64,000 nucleotides of DNA, from positions 640,001-704,000 of the forward strand of contig CAXXSR010000001.1 of assembly GCA_963662615.2 (NCBI GenBank). Direction: 5' to 3'. Under the pieces are notes generated by a model that did no database searches, was not told the DNA's origin, and was given only the letters and a program-made list of their open reading frames with translations. Shown here piece after piece: positions 19,657-30,692 of the stretch (the stretch's first letter is position 1; every line of letters starts with the position of its first letter). Origin of the DNA: Dehalococcoidia bacterium (GTDB lineage: Bacteria; Chloroflexota; Dehalococcoidia; Bin125). Both the position numbers and the translations under genes were made by a program.

Positions 19657-20934
19657 TCACTTGCTCTCAGTATACGGCGCGGCCCGTCGCAGCTCCTCAA
19701 CCACGGCGTCCAGCGCGACGCTGCGTTGCTCCCCGCGACGCAGATCGCGCACCTCGGCCACGCCTGCCCGCAGCTCGCGCTCGCCCACGATCAACGCGAA
19801 GCGCGCCCCCGTGTGATCAGCGTGCCGCAGCTGCGCCTTCAAGGATCGATCGCCGAACGCCAGCGTCGCACCCACGCCCGCGCGGCGCAGGTCGGCCGCC
19901 AGCTGCGACGCGCGCGTCACCGCCTCGGCGCCCACCGGGATCACGAGCGCCGGCAGCGGCGCCGCCGGCTCCGGCGCCTGACCCTGCGCCTGCAGATTCA
20001 GCGCCAGCCGCTCCAGCCCCATCCCAAAGCCGATCCCCGGCGTGGGGCGGCCGCCCAACAGCTCGATCAGCCCGTCGTAGCGCCCGCCCGCGACGATCGT
20101 CGCCTGCGATCCCCCGTTCGCCGGCGCGATCTCGAAGACCGTGTGCGTGTAGTAGTCCAGCCCGCGCACCAGCGTGGACCATTCCTCGAAGGGGATTGCC
20201 AGCGCCTGCAGGCGTTCCTGCACCCCTTCGTAGTGCGCCCGCGACTCCGGCCGCAGGTGGTCGCGGATCAGCGGCGCCCCGCTCTGGTAGGGCCGGCACG
20301 ACTCCTGCTTGCAGTCCAGCAGCCGCATGGGCGCGCGCTGGTAGCGCTGGCGGCAGTCGGCACAGAGCGCCTCCAGGTGCGGCGCGAAGTGCTCGCGCAG
20401 CACCGGCACGTACCCGGCCCGGTCCTCCGCGTCGCCAATGCTGTTGATCCCCAGCCGCAGGTCGCGCAGGCCCACCTCCTCTGTGATCCGCCACCCCAGC
20501 TCAATCACCTCCGCGTCCAACGCCGGGTCCCGCACGCCGATCGCTTCCGCGCCGAACTGCGTATGCTGCCGGTACCGCCCCGCCTGGGGACGCTCGTAGC
20601 GGAAGATGGGCAAGACGTAGTGGAACTTGGCCGGCTGCGGACGGTTGGCGAATCCGTGCTGCAGATAGGCGCGGCAGACCGACGCCGTCCCCTCCGGTCG
20701 CAGCGCCAGCCGATCGCCGCCGCGGTCCTCAAAGACGTACATCTCCTTCTCAACAATGTCCGTGCCCGCGCCCACGCTGCGCACGAACAGGTCGGCGTCC
20801 TCGAACGTCGGCGGCTCGATCGGCTGATAGCCGGCCAGCTCCGCCAGCCGCTCCGCCGTCGCCACCAGATCGCGGCGCACGACGAACTCATCCGGGAGCA
20901 CGTCGTGCGTGCCACGGGGCGCCTGATACTTCAA
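19657..20934 (-). CDS. hisS: Histidine--tRNA ligase
   Basis: LRPEGTA, FRYERPQAGRYRQH, LVRGLDYY, GGRYDGL. Confidence 0.97.
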   Translation of the reverse strand: MKYQAPRGTHDVLPDEFVVRRDLVATAERLAELAGYQPIEPPTFEDADLFVRSVGAGTDIVEKEMYVFEDRGGDRLALRPEGTASVCRAYLQHGFANRPQPAKFHYVLPIFRYERPQAGRYRQHTQFGAEAIGVRDPALDAEVIELGWRITEEVGLRDLRLGINSIGDAEDRAGYVPVLREHFAPHLEALCADCRQRYQRAPMRLLDCKQESCRPYQSGAPLIRDHLRPESRAHYEGVQERLQALAIPFEEWSTLVRGLDYYTHTVFEIAPANGGSQATIVAGGRYDGLIELLGGRPTPGIGFGMGLERLALNLQAQGQAPEPAAPLPALVIPVGAEAVTRASQLAADLRRAGVGATLAFGDRSLKAQLRHADHTGARFALIVGERELRAGVAEVRDLRRGEQRSVALDAVVEELRRAAPYTESK

Positions 20935-21073
20935 GGCTCCTCCACTGCGCCGCTCCCAGCGCCGGCGAATACTGTTCCTGTCGCTAATCTCATCGTACGT
21001 GCGGCCTTCCCGGCACGGAAGTCAACCGACGCCGCTGACGCGCCGGAGCGCCGAGCGACGCTACACTATGGGT

Positions 21074-23278
21074 ATGACCGCGGACGTCGCCGTCGGGAGT
21101 GTCAAGTCGCTGCATCCCGCCCTGGACGATCTGCGCGACGCCACGGAGCGGTACCTCAACCCCGAAGAGATCGGGGAGGTGGAGCGCGCCCATCGCTTCG
21201 CCGCCCACGCCCATACGGACCACCGCCGCCTCTCGGGCGACCCCTACATTGAGCATCCGCTCGCCGCTGCCCTCAGCTGCGCTGATCTCCAGCTCGACGC
21301 GTCCGTGATCCAGGCCGCCCTGCTGCACGACGTGGTGGAGGACTGCGGGGTGAGCCCCGCCCAGCTCGTCGAGGAGTTCGGGGAGGAGGTCGCGCACCTC
21401 GTCGATGGAGTGACGAAGCTCGGCGCCCTCTCGCTGCCCAGCCTCACGGCTGGGGCCGGGGACGAGGAGGTCCAGGCCGAAAATCTCCGCAAGATGTTCC
21501 TGGCCATGGCGGAGGACGTCCGTGTCGTCATCGTCAAGCTCGCCGACCGCCTCCACAACATGCGCACGCTGGACGCGCTGCCGCTGGAGAAGCAGCAGCG
21601 CATCGCTCGCGAAACCATGGAAATTTACGCCCCCCTGGCCTCACGCCTCGGCATCTGGCAGTTCAAGTGGGAGCTGGAGGATCTCGCCTTCCGCTACATG
21701 GAGCCGGACGAATTCTGTCGCATCTCCGAGTTGGTCGCCGCCCGCGGCGCCACCCGCGAACGCTACCTTGCCCAGACCCGCCGCAAGCTGGAGGACGCCT
21801 TGGCCGCCCACGGCATCCGCGCCGAGGTGACCGGTCGCGTGAAGCACATCTACTCCATCCGCCAGAAGATCCAAAAGTACGCCGCCTTGAACAAGACGTT
21901 CAGCGAGATCTACGACCTCCTCGCCCTGCGCGTGCTGACGGAGAAGCCGGAGGACTGTTACAACGCCCTCGGCGTCGTCCATAGCATCTGGCGCCCCATC
22001 CCCGGCGAGTTCGACGACTACATCGGCAGTCCCAAGCCCAGCGGCTACCGCTCTCTCCATACCACCGTCTATTGGACCGCTACGCGCCCGCTGGAGGTCC
22101 AGATTCGCACGCGCGAGATGGACGCCGAGGCGGAATTCGGCGTCGCGGCCCATTGGAGCTATAAGGAGGCCCGCGGCCCCACCACGGCGCCGGATCGCGA
22201 TCGGCTCTCCTGGCTCAAGCAGCTGCTGGAGTGGCAGGGCGACTTGCCCGGCGCGCGCGAGTTCGTCGAAACGCTCAAGTCGGACGTCTTCCAGGACCAG
22301 GTCTTCGTCTACACCCCCCGGGGCGAGATCAAGGACCTGCCCGCAGGCGCCACCCCGCTGGACTTCGCCTTCCGCATCCACACGGACATTGGCTACTCCT
22401 GCGTGGGCGCCAAGGTGAACGCCCGCTTGGTCCAGCTCACCACCCCGCTGCAGAACGGCGACGTGGTGGAGATCATCACCAGCCGCACTTCCCGTGGCCC
22501 CAGCCGCGACTGGCTCAACCCCGCGCTCGGCCTCCTCCAGACCAACCACGCCAAGACCAAGGTGCGCCAGTGGTTCCGGCGGCGCCAGCGCACGGAGAAC
22601 ATCGCCCGCGGACAGGAGGAGCTGGAAAAGGAGCTGCGACGCCTCAGCCTGCGCTTCGCCGACGTTGAGGATGCCGTCGCCGAGCTGCCCGCCTACGACA
22701 GCATGGACGACCTGTTTGCCGCCATTGGCACCGGCGAGGTGACCGCGCAGCAGCTCGCACTCCGCGTCGCCTCCTTGATCGCGGCCGAGGAGACGCCGGA
22801 GGAGCCGTTGGCCGAGCCCGCCCGGCCACGCGATCGCACTGCCGCCGGCGTGCATGTGCTGGGCGCCTCCAACGTCTTGACTCGCTTCGCCGACTGCTGC
22901 AGCCCCGTGCCCGGCGACTTCATCAGCGGCTACGTCACCCGCGGCCGCGGCGTCACCGTCCACCGCAGCGACTGCCACAACGTCATCCAGACACAGGACC
23001 GCGACCGCCTCGTGGATGTCCAGTGGGGCAGGGCTCCCGGCACGCGCTATCCCGCCCAGATCCGGATTGAAGGCTGGGACCGGGTCGGCTTCGTCCGCGA
23101 CATCTCCACCGTCGTCGCCGATGAAGGCATCAACATGGTGGGGCTGCGCACGCTGGAGAGCGCCGACGGGCGCGTCGTGGTTCGCGTCACCGTGGAGACC
23201 GACGGCGTTGCCCACCTCCAGCGCGTCATCCACAAGGTTGATGCGATCCGCGGCGTCCTCGGCGTCCACCGCGACTAG
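21074..23278 (+). CDS. relA: Bifunctional (p)ppGpp synthetase/hydrolase (long RSH)
   Basis: LLHDVVED, KLADRLHNMRTL, PKPSGYRSLHT, TGS (DFAFRIHT), CC and ACT domains. Confidence 0.96.
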   Translation: MTADVAVGSVKSLHPALDDLRDATERYLNPEEIGEVERAHRFAAHAHTDHRRLSGDPYIEHPLAAALSCADLQLDASVIQAALLHDVVEDCGVSPAQLVEEFGEEVAHLVDGVTKLGALSLPSLTAGAGDEEVQAENLRKMFLAMAEDVRVVIVKLADRLHNMRTLDALPLEKQQRIARETMEIYAPLASRLGIWQFKWELEDLAFRYMEPDEFCRISELVAARGATRERYLAQTRRKLEDALAAHGIRAEVTGRVKHIYSIRQKIQKYAALNKTFSEIYDLLALRVLTEKPEDCYNALGVVHSIWRPIPGEFDDYIGSPKPSGYRSLHTTVYWTATRPLEVQIRTREMDAEAEFGVAAHWSYKEARGPTTAPDRDRLSWLKQLLEWQGDLPGAREFVETLKSDVFQDQVFVYTPRGEIKDLPAGATPLDFAFRIHTDIGYSCVGAKVNARLVQLTTPLQNGDVVEIITSRTSRGPSRDWLNPALGLLQTNHAKTKVRQWFRRRQRTENIARGQEELEKELRRLSLRFADVEDAVAELPAYDSMDDLFAAIGTGEVTAQQLALRVASLIAAEETPEEPLAEPARPRDRTAAGVHVLGASNVLTRFADCCSPVPGDFISGYVTRGRGVTVHRSDCHNVIQTQDRDRLVDVQWGRAPGTRYPAQIRIEGWDRVGFVRDISTVVADEGINMVGLRTLESADGRVVVRVTVETDGVAHLQRVIHKVDAIRGVLGVHRD

Positions 23279-23330
23279 GATCACCCTGTGGCGCTTCCGG
23301 GATCACCGCCCCCGCACTAGCATGCCCTTC

Positions 23331-24863
23331 ATGCTGGCTAAGGTGTTCGGCTGTGCGCTGACCGGACTGACGGGAGAGCCGGTCAGCGTGGAGGTCGACA
23401 TCGCCTCCGGGCTGCCGGCCTTCAACATCGTCGGCCTCCCCGACGCCGCCGTCAGCGAGGCCAAAGAGCGCGTGCGCGCCGCCATCCGCAACGCCGGCGC
23501 CACCTTTCCCCCCAAGCGGATCACCGTCAATCTCGCGCCCGGCGATCTGCGCAAGGAGGGCACCGGCTACGACCTCCCCATCGCCGTCGGCATCCTCATC
23601 GCCTCCGGACAGATGCCGGCCGAGATTGCCGCCGGCAGCGTCCTTGTTGGGGAACTCGCCCTCAACGGCGACCTCCGCCACGTGCAGGGCGCGCTCCCCA
23701 TCGCCGCCACCATCCGCGACCTTGGCTTTCGCCGCCTCTTGCTCCCCGCCGTCGACGCCCCGGAGGCCGCCCTGGTCGACGCTCTCGAGATCGCTCCCTT
23801 CGAGAGCCTCGCCGACGTCATCGCCGTCGCCGCCGGGCAGGCCCCGCTGCCACAGTACGACCGCGCCGCCGCGCCACCGCCCGCCGCCGCCCCGCCGTTG
23901 GAGGTGGACTTTCGCGAGATCCGCGGCCAAGAGCACGTCAAGCGCGCGCTGGAGGTCGCCGCCACCGGCGGGCACAACGTCCTCCTGTCCGGGCCCCCGG
24001 GCGCGGGCAAGACGCTGCTGGCGCGCGCGCTGCCGGGCATCATGCCCCCGCTGAGCAATGCGGAGGCGCTCAGCGTCACCAAGATTTACAGCGTCAGCGG
24101 GACCGTCCGGCCGGGACACGCCCTGATGCGCTAGCGGCCCTTCCGCTCCCCCCACCACACCATCTCCAACGCCGGCTTGGTCGGCGGCGGCAGACGCCCC
24201 CGCCCCGGCGAAATCAGCCTGGCTGACCACGGCGTCCTCTTCCTGGATGAGCTGCCCGAGTTCGGCCTGGCCGCGCTGGAGGCGCTGCGGCAGCCCCTGG
24301 AGGATCGCGTCATCACCATCGCGAGGGCGCAGGGCGCCGTCAGCTACCCCGCCGACTTCATGCTGGTCGCGGCCATGAACCCCTGCCCCTGCGGCAACTA
24401 CGGCGACCCTGTCACGCTCTGCACCTGCTCGGAGGGCGTCGTGCATCGCTACCAGCGTCGCCTCTCCGGCCCCCTGCTCGACCGCATCGATCTCTTCGTT
24501 GAGGTGCCCCGGGTCGACTACGAGAAGCTCGCCGCCCTGGACGAGCCGGAGCCCTCCGCCGCCGTGGGCGCACGCGTCGCCGCCGGTCGCGCCGTCCAGG
24601 CCGAGCGCTTTCGCGACGAGGGGCTGACGCTCAACGCCGGCATGACCCCGCGCCTCGTACGGCAGTATGGGCAGGAGCCGCTGCAGGCGGAGGCGCTCTC
24701 CCTGCTGAAGATGGCCATGGCGCAGCTCTCGCTCTCAGCGCGGGCGTTTCACCGCGTCCTCAAAGTGGCCCGCACCATCGCCGACCTCGGCGGCTCGGAG
24801 GCCATCGCCGCGGAGCACCTCGCCGAAGCGGTCCAGTACCGTCGTCGCAACGCCCACAACTAG
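23331..24863 (+). pseudogene. comM: ComM/YifB Mg-chelatase-like AAA+ ATPase with internal in-frame TAG at 24132-24134
   Basis: IVGLPDAAVSEAKERVR, GPPGAGKT, then LMR*RPFRSPHHTIS continuing in frame to FLDELPEF, AMNPCPCG, LLDRID. Confidence 0.9.
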
Positions 24864-24928
24864 CGTCCGGGGACGGGCCCGCGTCGCGCTCCCCGCCGCC
24901 GACGGTGCTACCCTGGCCCCACGCACAC

Positions 24929-25004
<76 letters not shown>

Positions 25005-25303
25005 ACGCCATTCGCGTCGCTTTTTCCAAGTCGATAGCGGTACCCACGCAGCCGCGTCCGGTCCGCGTCGCCGGCCCCTTTCGCCGTTGACACCATGCGC
25101 AACCCGGCTAGCCCCTGCGGGCCGCGCAGCGTGGAGCCGTAACAGGGCCACGGAACGGCGCTGAGGGCACCGACAAGGTCAGTTTCGCGGCCTAGCCGTC
25201 GCGGCCCGGGGCAGTCCGCGACACCACGCCGATCCCCGCCGTGTTAGCCTAGGAATACGGTCCTGGCGGGCCCTTCACGACGGGGAACGGCGGAGGTGCA
25301 GCC

Positions 25304-26203
25304 CTGGCACGCCGAGGACGGAGCGAGCGCACACGCCCCCAGCGGCTTGCCCGTCGACAGGCCGACAGCCGTGGCTTCGACCGCGGCGGCGCCGTTCCCT
25401 TCTACCGCTCTCGCTGGTTCAAGCCGTTGATCGCGTTCGCTGTCATCGGCTTCATTGCCGGCCTCCTCGGCGGCAGCCTCTTCTTCCTCATCGGGAACGA
25501 CCCCCCCGGCAGCAGCGGCACTGGCGCCACGACGGCCACGCAGGGCGCCGTTCGCCGCCTGCCCCAGGAGTCCACCTCCGAGATCGGGGCCGTGGAGGGC
25601 AAGCCCCAGTTTAATGCCCCGCCGGCTCTGACCCTGGACACCGGCAAGTCCTTCCAAGCCCTGCTAGAGCTGGAGGAGGGCGTCGTCAGTATCGAGCTCT
25701 TCGACGACGTGGCCCCCCTGCACGTCAACAACTTCGTCTTCTTGAGCAACGAGGGCTTCTACGACGGCCTCACCTTCCACCGCGTCGTGCCCGGCTTCGT
25801 GGCCCAGGCGGGCGACCCCACCGCCAGAGGCAGCGGCGGCGCGGGCTACGACCTGCCGGACGAGGACGTGGGCGCTGACCCCTCAGCCTTCTCGCTCGGC
25901 GCGCCCGGCATCATCGCCATGGCCCGCAGCGGGCGCGGCGCCTCCTCGTCGCAGTTCTTTATCACCCTCACGCCCCAGGAGCGGCTGGACGCCCTGGGCT
26001 TCACTGCCTTCGGGCGTGTGATCGACGGGCTGGGCCTCCTCCAGCAGCTCCCCGATCGGGATCCCGCCCAGCTCCCGGCGCCGCCGGCCGGCGCGCGCAT
26101 CCTTTCCATTACCATTCAAGAGACTGGCTCTGCTGCCGCAACCGGCCCCGCCGACGCAGCTCCCGACGACGGCACCTCCGCCGCGCCCCGCGAGGGCGAG
26201 TAG
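25304..26203 (+). CDS. Membrane-anchored cyclophilin-type peptidyl-prolyl isomerase
   Basis: FYDGLTFHRVVPGFVAQAGDP, SQFFIT; N-terminal hydrophobic helix; probable CTG start after GGAGG. Confidence 0.9.
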   Translation: MARRGRSERTRPQRLARRQADSRGFDRGGAVPFYRSRWFKPLIAFAVIGFIAGLLGGSLFFLIGNDPPGSSGTGATTATQGAVRRLPQESTSEIGAVEGKPQFNAPPALTLDTGKSFQALLELEEGVVSIELFDDVAPLHVNNFVFLSNEGFYDGLTFHRVVPGFVAQAGDPTARGSGGAGYDLPDEDVGADPSAFSLGAPGIIAMARSGRGASSSQFFITLTPQERLDALGFTAFGRVIDGLGLLQQLPDRDPAQLPAPPAGARILSITIQETGSAAATGPADAAPDDGTSAAPREGE

Positions 26204-26239
26204 CGCCGGCTCCGCAGGACGCCGGAAGAAAGGCATTAC

Positions 26240-26743
26240 ATGGCCAAGCAGTACGAAGTGCGGCCGGCCATGGCGCTCCATTCCGACAAGCTCTATCGGG
26301 CTACCATCCAAATGGCGCGTGGGGGCTCCTTCACCGTTGAGCTGTTTCCGAAGGCCGCGCCGGAAACGGTGAACTCGTTCGTCTTCCTTGCGCAGGAAGG
26401 CTTCTTCAACGGCGTGACCTTTCACCGCGTTGTCCCGGGCTTTGTGGCGCAAGCGGGCGATCCCACCGGCAGCGGCGGCCCCGGCTACCAGCTTCCCGAC
26501 GAGGTCAACGACCTCAAACATCGGGCCGGCGTTCTGGCCATGGCCAAGGCCGCGGAGCCCAACTCCGCCGGTAGCCAATTTTACATAACATTGGCCCCGC
26601 AGGCCCACCTGGACGGCAAGTACACCGTCTTTGGCAAGGTCCGCGACGGCATGGACACGGTGCATGCCATCGCGCCGCGCGAGCCTGGACCCGGCGTGGC
26701 CCCCGGCGACGCCATCGAGTACGTGACGATCACCAGCGAGTAG
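26240..26743 (+). CDS. Cytoplasmic cyclophilin-type peptidyl-prolyl isomerase
   Basis: TFHRVVPGFVAQAGDP, NSAGSQFYIT, HLDGKYTVFG. Confidence 0.95.
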   Translation: MAKQYEVRPAMALHSDKLYRATIQMARGGSFTVELFPKAAPETVNSFVFLAQEGFFNGVTFHRVVPGFVAQAGDPTGSGGPGYQLPDEVNDLKHRAGVLAMAKAAEPNSAGSQFYITLAPQAHLDGKYTVFGKVRDGMDTVHAIAPREPGPGVAPGDAIEYVTITSE

Positions 26744-26949
26744 CGCGCCGCTCCGCGCGCGCGAGCGCCGCGCACGGTCCCCCTCTCGCTTCATTCCCCG
26801 CCGATGATCGGAGAGGCGGCCGCGGTCGCCGGACCCGTCGGCGCGCGCCCGCCCGCAAGACGGGAGTGCCGCCAATGCGACGCGGTGCCGAGGCGAGGCA
26901 GCGCCGTCCGCGGCGCGGCCTGCCTGATCTCGGCAGGGGCTGGTAAGGG

Positions 26950-27174
26950 TCAGGGCGGATCGCTCGGATCGCTCCGCCGCTCCGGAATGAGCCGCTCCAC
27001 CACGTACAGCAGAGACAAGAACGGCCAGAACGTGACGATGGCCACTCCGGCCCACACCCATTCCGCCGCCACCAGCGCCAGGACGGCCACCGAGAAGGTG
27101 AGCCCCATCCCCAAGATGGAGACGACGCGCGCAACGACAGCGAGTGCAGGAATCCGCGGATCCTGGATGGACAT
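26950..27174 (-). CDS. Small two-helix membrane protein, unknown function
   Basis: 74 aa with two hydrophobic segments; TGnTACGCT box upstream. Confidence 0.6.
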   Translation of the reverse strand: MSIQDPRIPALAVVARVVSILGMGLTFSVAVLALVAAEWVWAGVAIVTFWPFLSLLYVVERLIPERRSDPSDPP

Positions 27175-27375
27175 GATCGCGCCCGAGCGTAGCACCGTCC
27201 CCTGCCGGCAACAATTCGCGGTGGGACCGTGACCAGCCGCGACTGTCCCCCCAAGCGTCGGCGCCAAGGCGGGACCGTCCCCCGGCCCGGGCGCGGCGAC
27301 GCACCCTGTCCGCCCTCCGGGAGCGACGACTGCGACCGCCATCTCGATCGGCCGCCCGGTACGGCCCGATACGGA

Positions 27376-30348
27376 CTAGCTCTGTGCAGCCACCTGCTCC
27401 CATGCCAGCGTCACCGTGCCGCCGCTGCCATTGAGGATGAAGAGGCCGTCGAGCCGGTCCACGGTCGTGACGGTGCTCAGGAAGGCGGGTTCGCCGCGCC
27501 GGAAGACGTCGTACCCCTGCGTGGTGGCGTCGTAGCGGAAGGCGGCACTGACCTCGGCCGGCAGAGCGGCCAGGAGGTCGGCCAGCGCCGTCCCCGCCCC
27601 GCCGGTGTAGCCGACGAAGGTGAACCCAGGCGGCAGCTCTACGCTCACCGGCCCCGCCGCCAGCGCATCCGCCCAGGTCAGACTGACCGCCGCCGCGCCG
27701 GCCGGCAGGCGCACGACGAGGACATCCTGCTGGTTAACCGTGAGCAGCGTGTTCAGCCCCGGCACGACGACGTCGGGGCGATGGACCAGCCAGGTCTGCG
27801 TGGCCGCATCGAAGCGGAAGACGGCCTCGAGCGACGGGCCCATGGCGGCGGCCACCTCCTCGATAGGCGTGGCGTCCGCGCCGGGGAAGACGATGGCGTT
27901 GAAGCCGCCCACCAGCGCGAAGGTCACCGTGGCCACAGCGACCTCGACCGTCGTGCTCTCGCCGGGAGCGAGCACCGATTCCGTCCCGTCGCTGGTAACC
28001 GTGACGTCCGCGGCGCTGTCGGGCTCGTTGGCCACCGTGTAGGTGCCATCGCCGTTGTCGGTCACGGTCGCGATGGCGCCGCTGGCAAGCGAGACGACGA
28101 TCTCCCCCTCGCCCAGGAGGAGTTCGACCGATCCTTCCGTGACCGTCACGGTGACGGAGCCACAGCTGAAGGTAACGGTGTCGCCATCAGTGAAGATCAA
28201 CTGGAAGCCGTCGCAGACGCTCACGGTGGCCGTGCCGGCCCCGCCGACCGCCTGGATCACGACGCCGGCGCCCGCATCATCCGTCACGGTGACGGTCAAG
28301 CCACCCCGATCGGTAATGGTTCCGAAGTTGCCGGCGCCGTCGTCGAACGCGTCCGAGAAGACACCGGCGCCGGTGCCGATGTGGTCGGCAATCCCGTCGC
28401 CGTCGAGCCCTTGAAACTCGAACGCGCCGATGTCGCTGATGCCCACGCGGGGCAAGCCGCGCTGGTCGGAGGGCGGCGCGCCGATGTCGCTGCCCGCGTG
28501 GATCGCCGGGCTGCCTACGAGTAACGCGTGCGTCCGGGTGGGCCCACCGTTGTCCTGCAGTGGCCCCAGCAGCGGATCGACCGCAGGTCGATCGCCCCCC
28601 GCCACGAGATTACAGCTCCCGTTCCCATCGATGTTGTGCCCCAACGAAGTGACGGGCCCATCGCAGTCGAGCGCCGTGTTCCCCGCGATGATCGAGTTCT
28701 CCAGCGTGGGCAGGGAGAGTGCGCCCCCCTCGTTGTAGATGCCGCCGCCGGGTCCGCCCGTGCTCATGTTCGCGGTCACGGTGCTGTTGAGCAGCGTGGT
28801 CGAGGTGGGTCCGGCGATATAGATGCCGCCGCCGCCGGTCATCCCTAGCGCACTGTTGCCGCTGACGGTGCTGTTCGACAGCGTCAGGGTGACGTTGTTG
28901 AAAATCCCGCCGCCGCCAATCAGGTGCGCTGTGTTGGCGCTGATCGTGCTGTTCGTCAGTGTCGCCTCGCCGGAGTTCGAAATCCCGCCGCCGCGGCTAG
29001 CGTTGTTGCCACTGACGGTGCTGTTCGACAGGGAGAGCGTGCCCAAGCTGTAGATGCCGCCGCCCGTCCCAGCGATGTTGCCACTGACGATGCTGTTCGT
29101 CACGGAGAGCGTGCTACGGCTGGCGATGCCGCCACCGCCGCCCATGCTCGCCGTGTTGCCGCTGACGGTGCTGTTCGTCAAGGAGAGAGAGCCACTGAGC
29201 ACGTAGATGCCGCCGCCGGCAGGCCCGAGCGTAACCGCGAGGTTGCCGCTGATCGTGCTGCTCGTCAGCGTCGCCGTGCCGCTGTTGAAAATCCCGCCGC
29301 CCTGCCCCGCCTTATTGCCGCTCACAGTGCTGCTCGTCAGCGTCGCCGAGCCGAGGTTCGATATCCCGCCACCGGCGAATTCCGCCGAGTTCTCGCTCAC
29401 GATGCTGTTCGACAGCGTCAGGGACAAGGTGTTCGTGATGCCGCCGCCGGCGTTGCCTACCCCGGGCGCCCTGTTGAAGCGGATGGTGCTGGCCGTCAAC
29501 GCCGCTGTGCCGCCGTTGAAAATCCCGCCGCCCCCCGCCGCCGCCGTGTTGCCGCTGACGATGCTGTTTGTCATGGAGAGCGTGCCATTGATGATGTTGA
29601 GGATGCCGCCGCCGATCCCGTCCGCCGTGTTGCCACGGATGGTGCTGTTCGTCACGGCGAGAAGGCCAGCGCCGGCGTGGTAGATGCCGCCGCCATCGCC
29701 AGCACCCGTCGCGTTGATCAGGAGGGCCGTCGTGACTTGAATGCATGAGCCACTGCCTGAGATCGCGGTGTTGCCGCTGACCGTGCTGTTCTCCAGCGTC
29801 AAGGTCCCAGCGCTGCGGATACCGCCGCCCGGGCCACAGGTGCGGCCACCGCTAACCGTCACCCCGGAAAGCGCGAACCCGGCAGTGCTCAACACGTCCA
29901 AGACTCGGTCGACGCCGCCCCCGTCGATGATGGTGCTGTCCGGGCCCGCCCCATTGATCGTGACTTTCCCGCCCGAAGCGACGATGTCCAAGTCGCCGGT
30001 CGCCGCCGCATCCTCTTCCCCACCAAAGATCGTCAGCCCGTAGGTCCCGGCAGGCAAGGTGATCACGTCATCGCCCGGGAGGGCGTTCGCCTCCTGAATC
30101 GCGGCTCGGAGCGTGCACTTCTTGAAGAGCGGCCCCTGCGCCGCCGCACGAGCGATCACGAGGGGCGGGGTCGCGTCGCACGACCCGTCACCCGGCGCCA
30201 CGTCCGCTGCGTCGTCCGTGCTGCTGACCGTGAAAGTCGCCCCCTGCGCCTCGCCCTGCGTGGGGACGAGCGCCAGCATCGCGGCCAGCACAATTGCGAC
30301 GGCGAGGCCGCCCAGGCGCAGCCACCGAGCAAGCGCGCGTCCCTGCAT
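27376..30348 (-). CDS. Secreted CSLREA / choice-of-anchor-Q-like beta-helix surface protein
   Basis: Signal peptide, [12 protein letters not shown], 14 GGGI repeats (NSTVSGN.A..GGGI.N), [31 protein letters not shown]. Confidence 0.9.
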   Translation of the reverse strand: MQGRALARWLRLGGLAVAIVLAAMLALVPTQGEAQGATFTVSSTDDAADVAPGDGSCDATPPLVIARAAAQGPLFKKCTLRAAIQEANALPGDDVITLPAGTYGLTIFGGEEDAAATGDLDIVASGGKVTINGAGPDSTIIDGGGVDRVLDVLSTAGFALSGVTVSGGRTCGPGGGIRSAGTLTLENSTVSGNTAISGSGSCIQVTTALLINATGAGDGGGIYHAGAGLLAVTNSTIRGNTADGIGGGILNIINGTLSMTNSIVSGNTAAAGGGGIFNGGTAALTASTIRFNRAPGVGNAGGGITNTLSLTLSNSIVSENSAEFAGGGISNLGSATLTSSTVSGNKAGQGGGIFNSGTATLTSSTISGNLAVTLGPAGGGIYVLSGSLSLTNSTVSGNTASMGGGGGIASRSTLSVTNSIVSGNIAGTGGGIYSLGTLSLSNSTVSGNNASRGGGISNSGEATLTNSTISANTAHLIGGGGIFNNVTLTLSNSTVSGNSALGMTGGGGIYIAGPTSTTLLNSTVTANMSTGGPGGGIYNEGGALSLPTLENSIIAGNTALDCDGPVTSLGHNIDGNGSCNLVAGGDRPAVDPLLGPLQDNGGPTRTHALLVGSPAIHAGSDIGAPPSDQRGLPRVGISDIGAFEFQGLDGDGIADHIGTGAGVFSDAFDDGAGNFGTITDRGGLTVTVTDDAGAGVVIQAVGGAGTATVSVCDGFQLIFTDGDTVTFSCGSVTVTVTEGSVELLLGEGEIVVSLASGAIATVTDNGDGTYTVANEPDSAADVTVTSDGTESVLAPGESTTVEVAVATVTFALVGGFNAIVFPGADATPIEEVAAAMGPSLEAVFRFDAATQTWLVHRPDVVVPGLNTLLTVNQQDVLVVRLPAGAAAVSLTWADALAAGPVSVELPPGFTFVGYTGGAGTALADLLAALPAEVSAAFRYDATTQGYDVFRRGEPAFLSTVTTVDRLDGLFILNGSGGTVTLAWEQVAAQS

Positions 30349-30692
30349 CCCAGTCCTCCGCTCAGCAAGCCACTGCCACGCCCGGAACGGGCATCATCCG
30401 GCACGAGGGCGGCGAGGATAGCAGAGCGGGCTGCGGAGTCGAAAGCAGTGGGATCGGAAGCATCGGCCCAGCTCCTTCGCTACAAGGGCGTGTGCTGCCG
30501 CGGTCACTGGGCGCGCTGCCCCTTCGAGCGCCATTCTTATGGGTTCCGCTTTTTCGCGGCCGGAGGGCAACAGATCGAACCGCCGTGATGGGAGAAGGCG
30601 CTCTTCCGATCAGGGAAGGCAGGAGGAGCAAGAGAGGTCAACGGCACCATTGACGCCATCGCGCCTGCGCGCGCTCGCGGCGCCCGCCGAAC

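Noticed and set aside
24132-24134. Pyrrolysine or amber recoding
   Set aside because: TAG is a common true stop in this window, RF1 is intact, and no pyl genes are visible.
28700-29850. Nucleotide repeats in the CSLREA gene as a diversity-generating system
   Set aside because: Explained by beta-helix peptide repeats; no reverse transcriptase or template/variable repeat pair.
30349-30692. Riboswitch (e.g. c-di-GMP) upstream of the surface protein gene
   Set aside because: No recognisable aptamer consensus on either strand.
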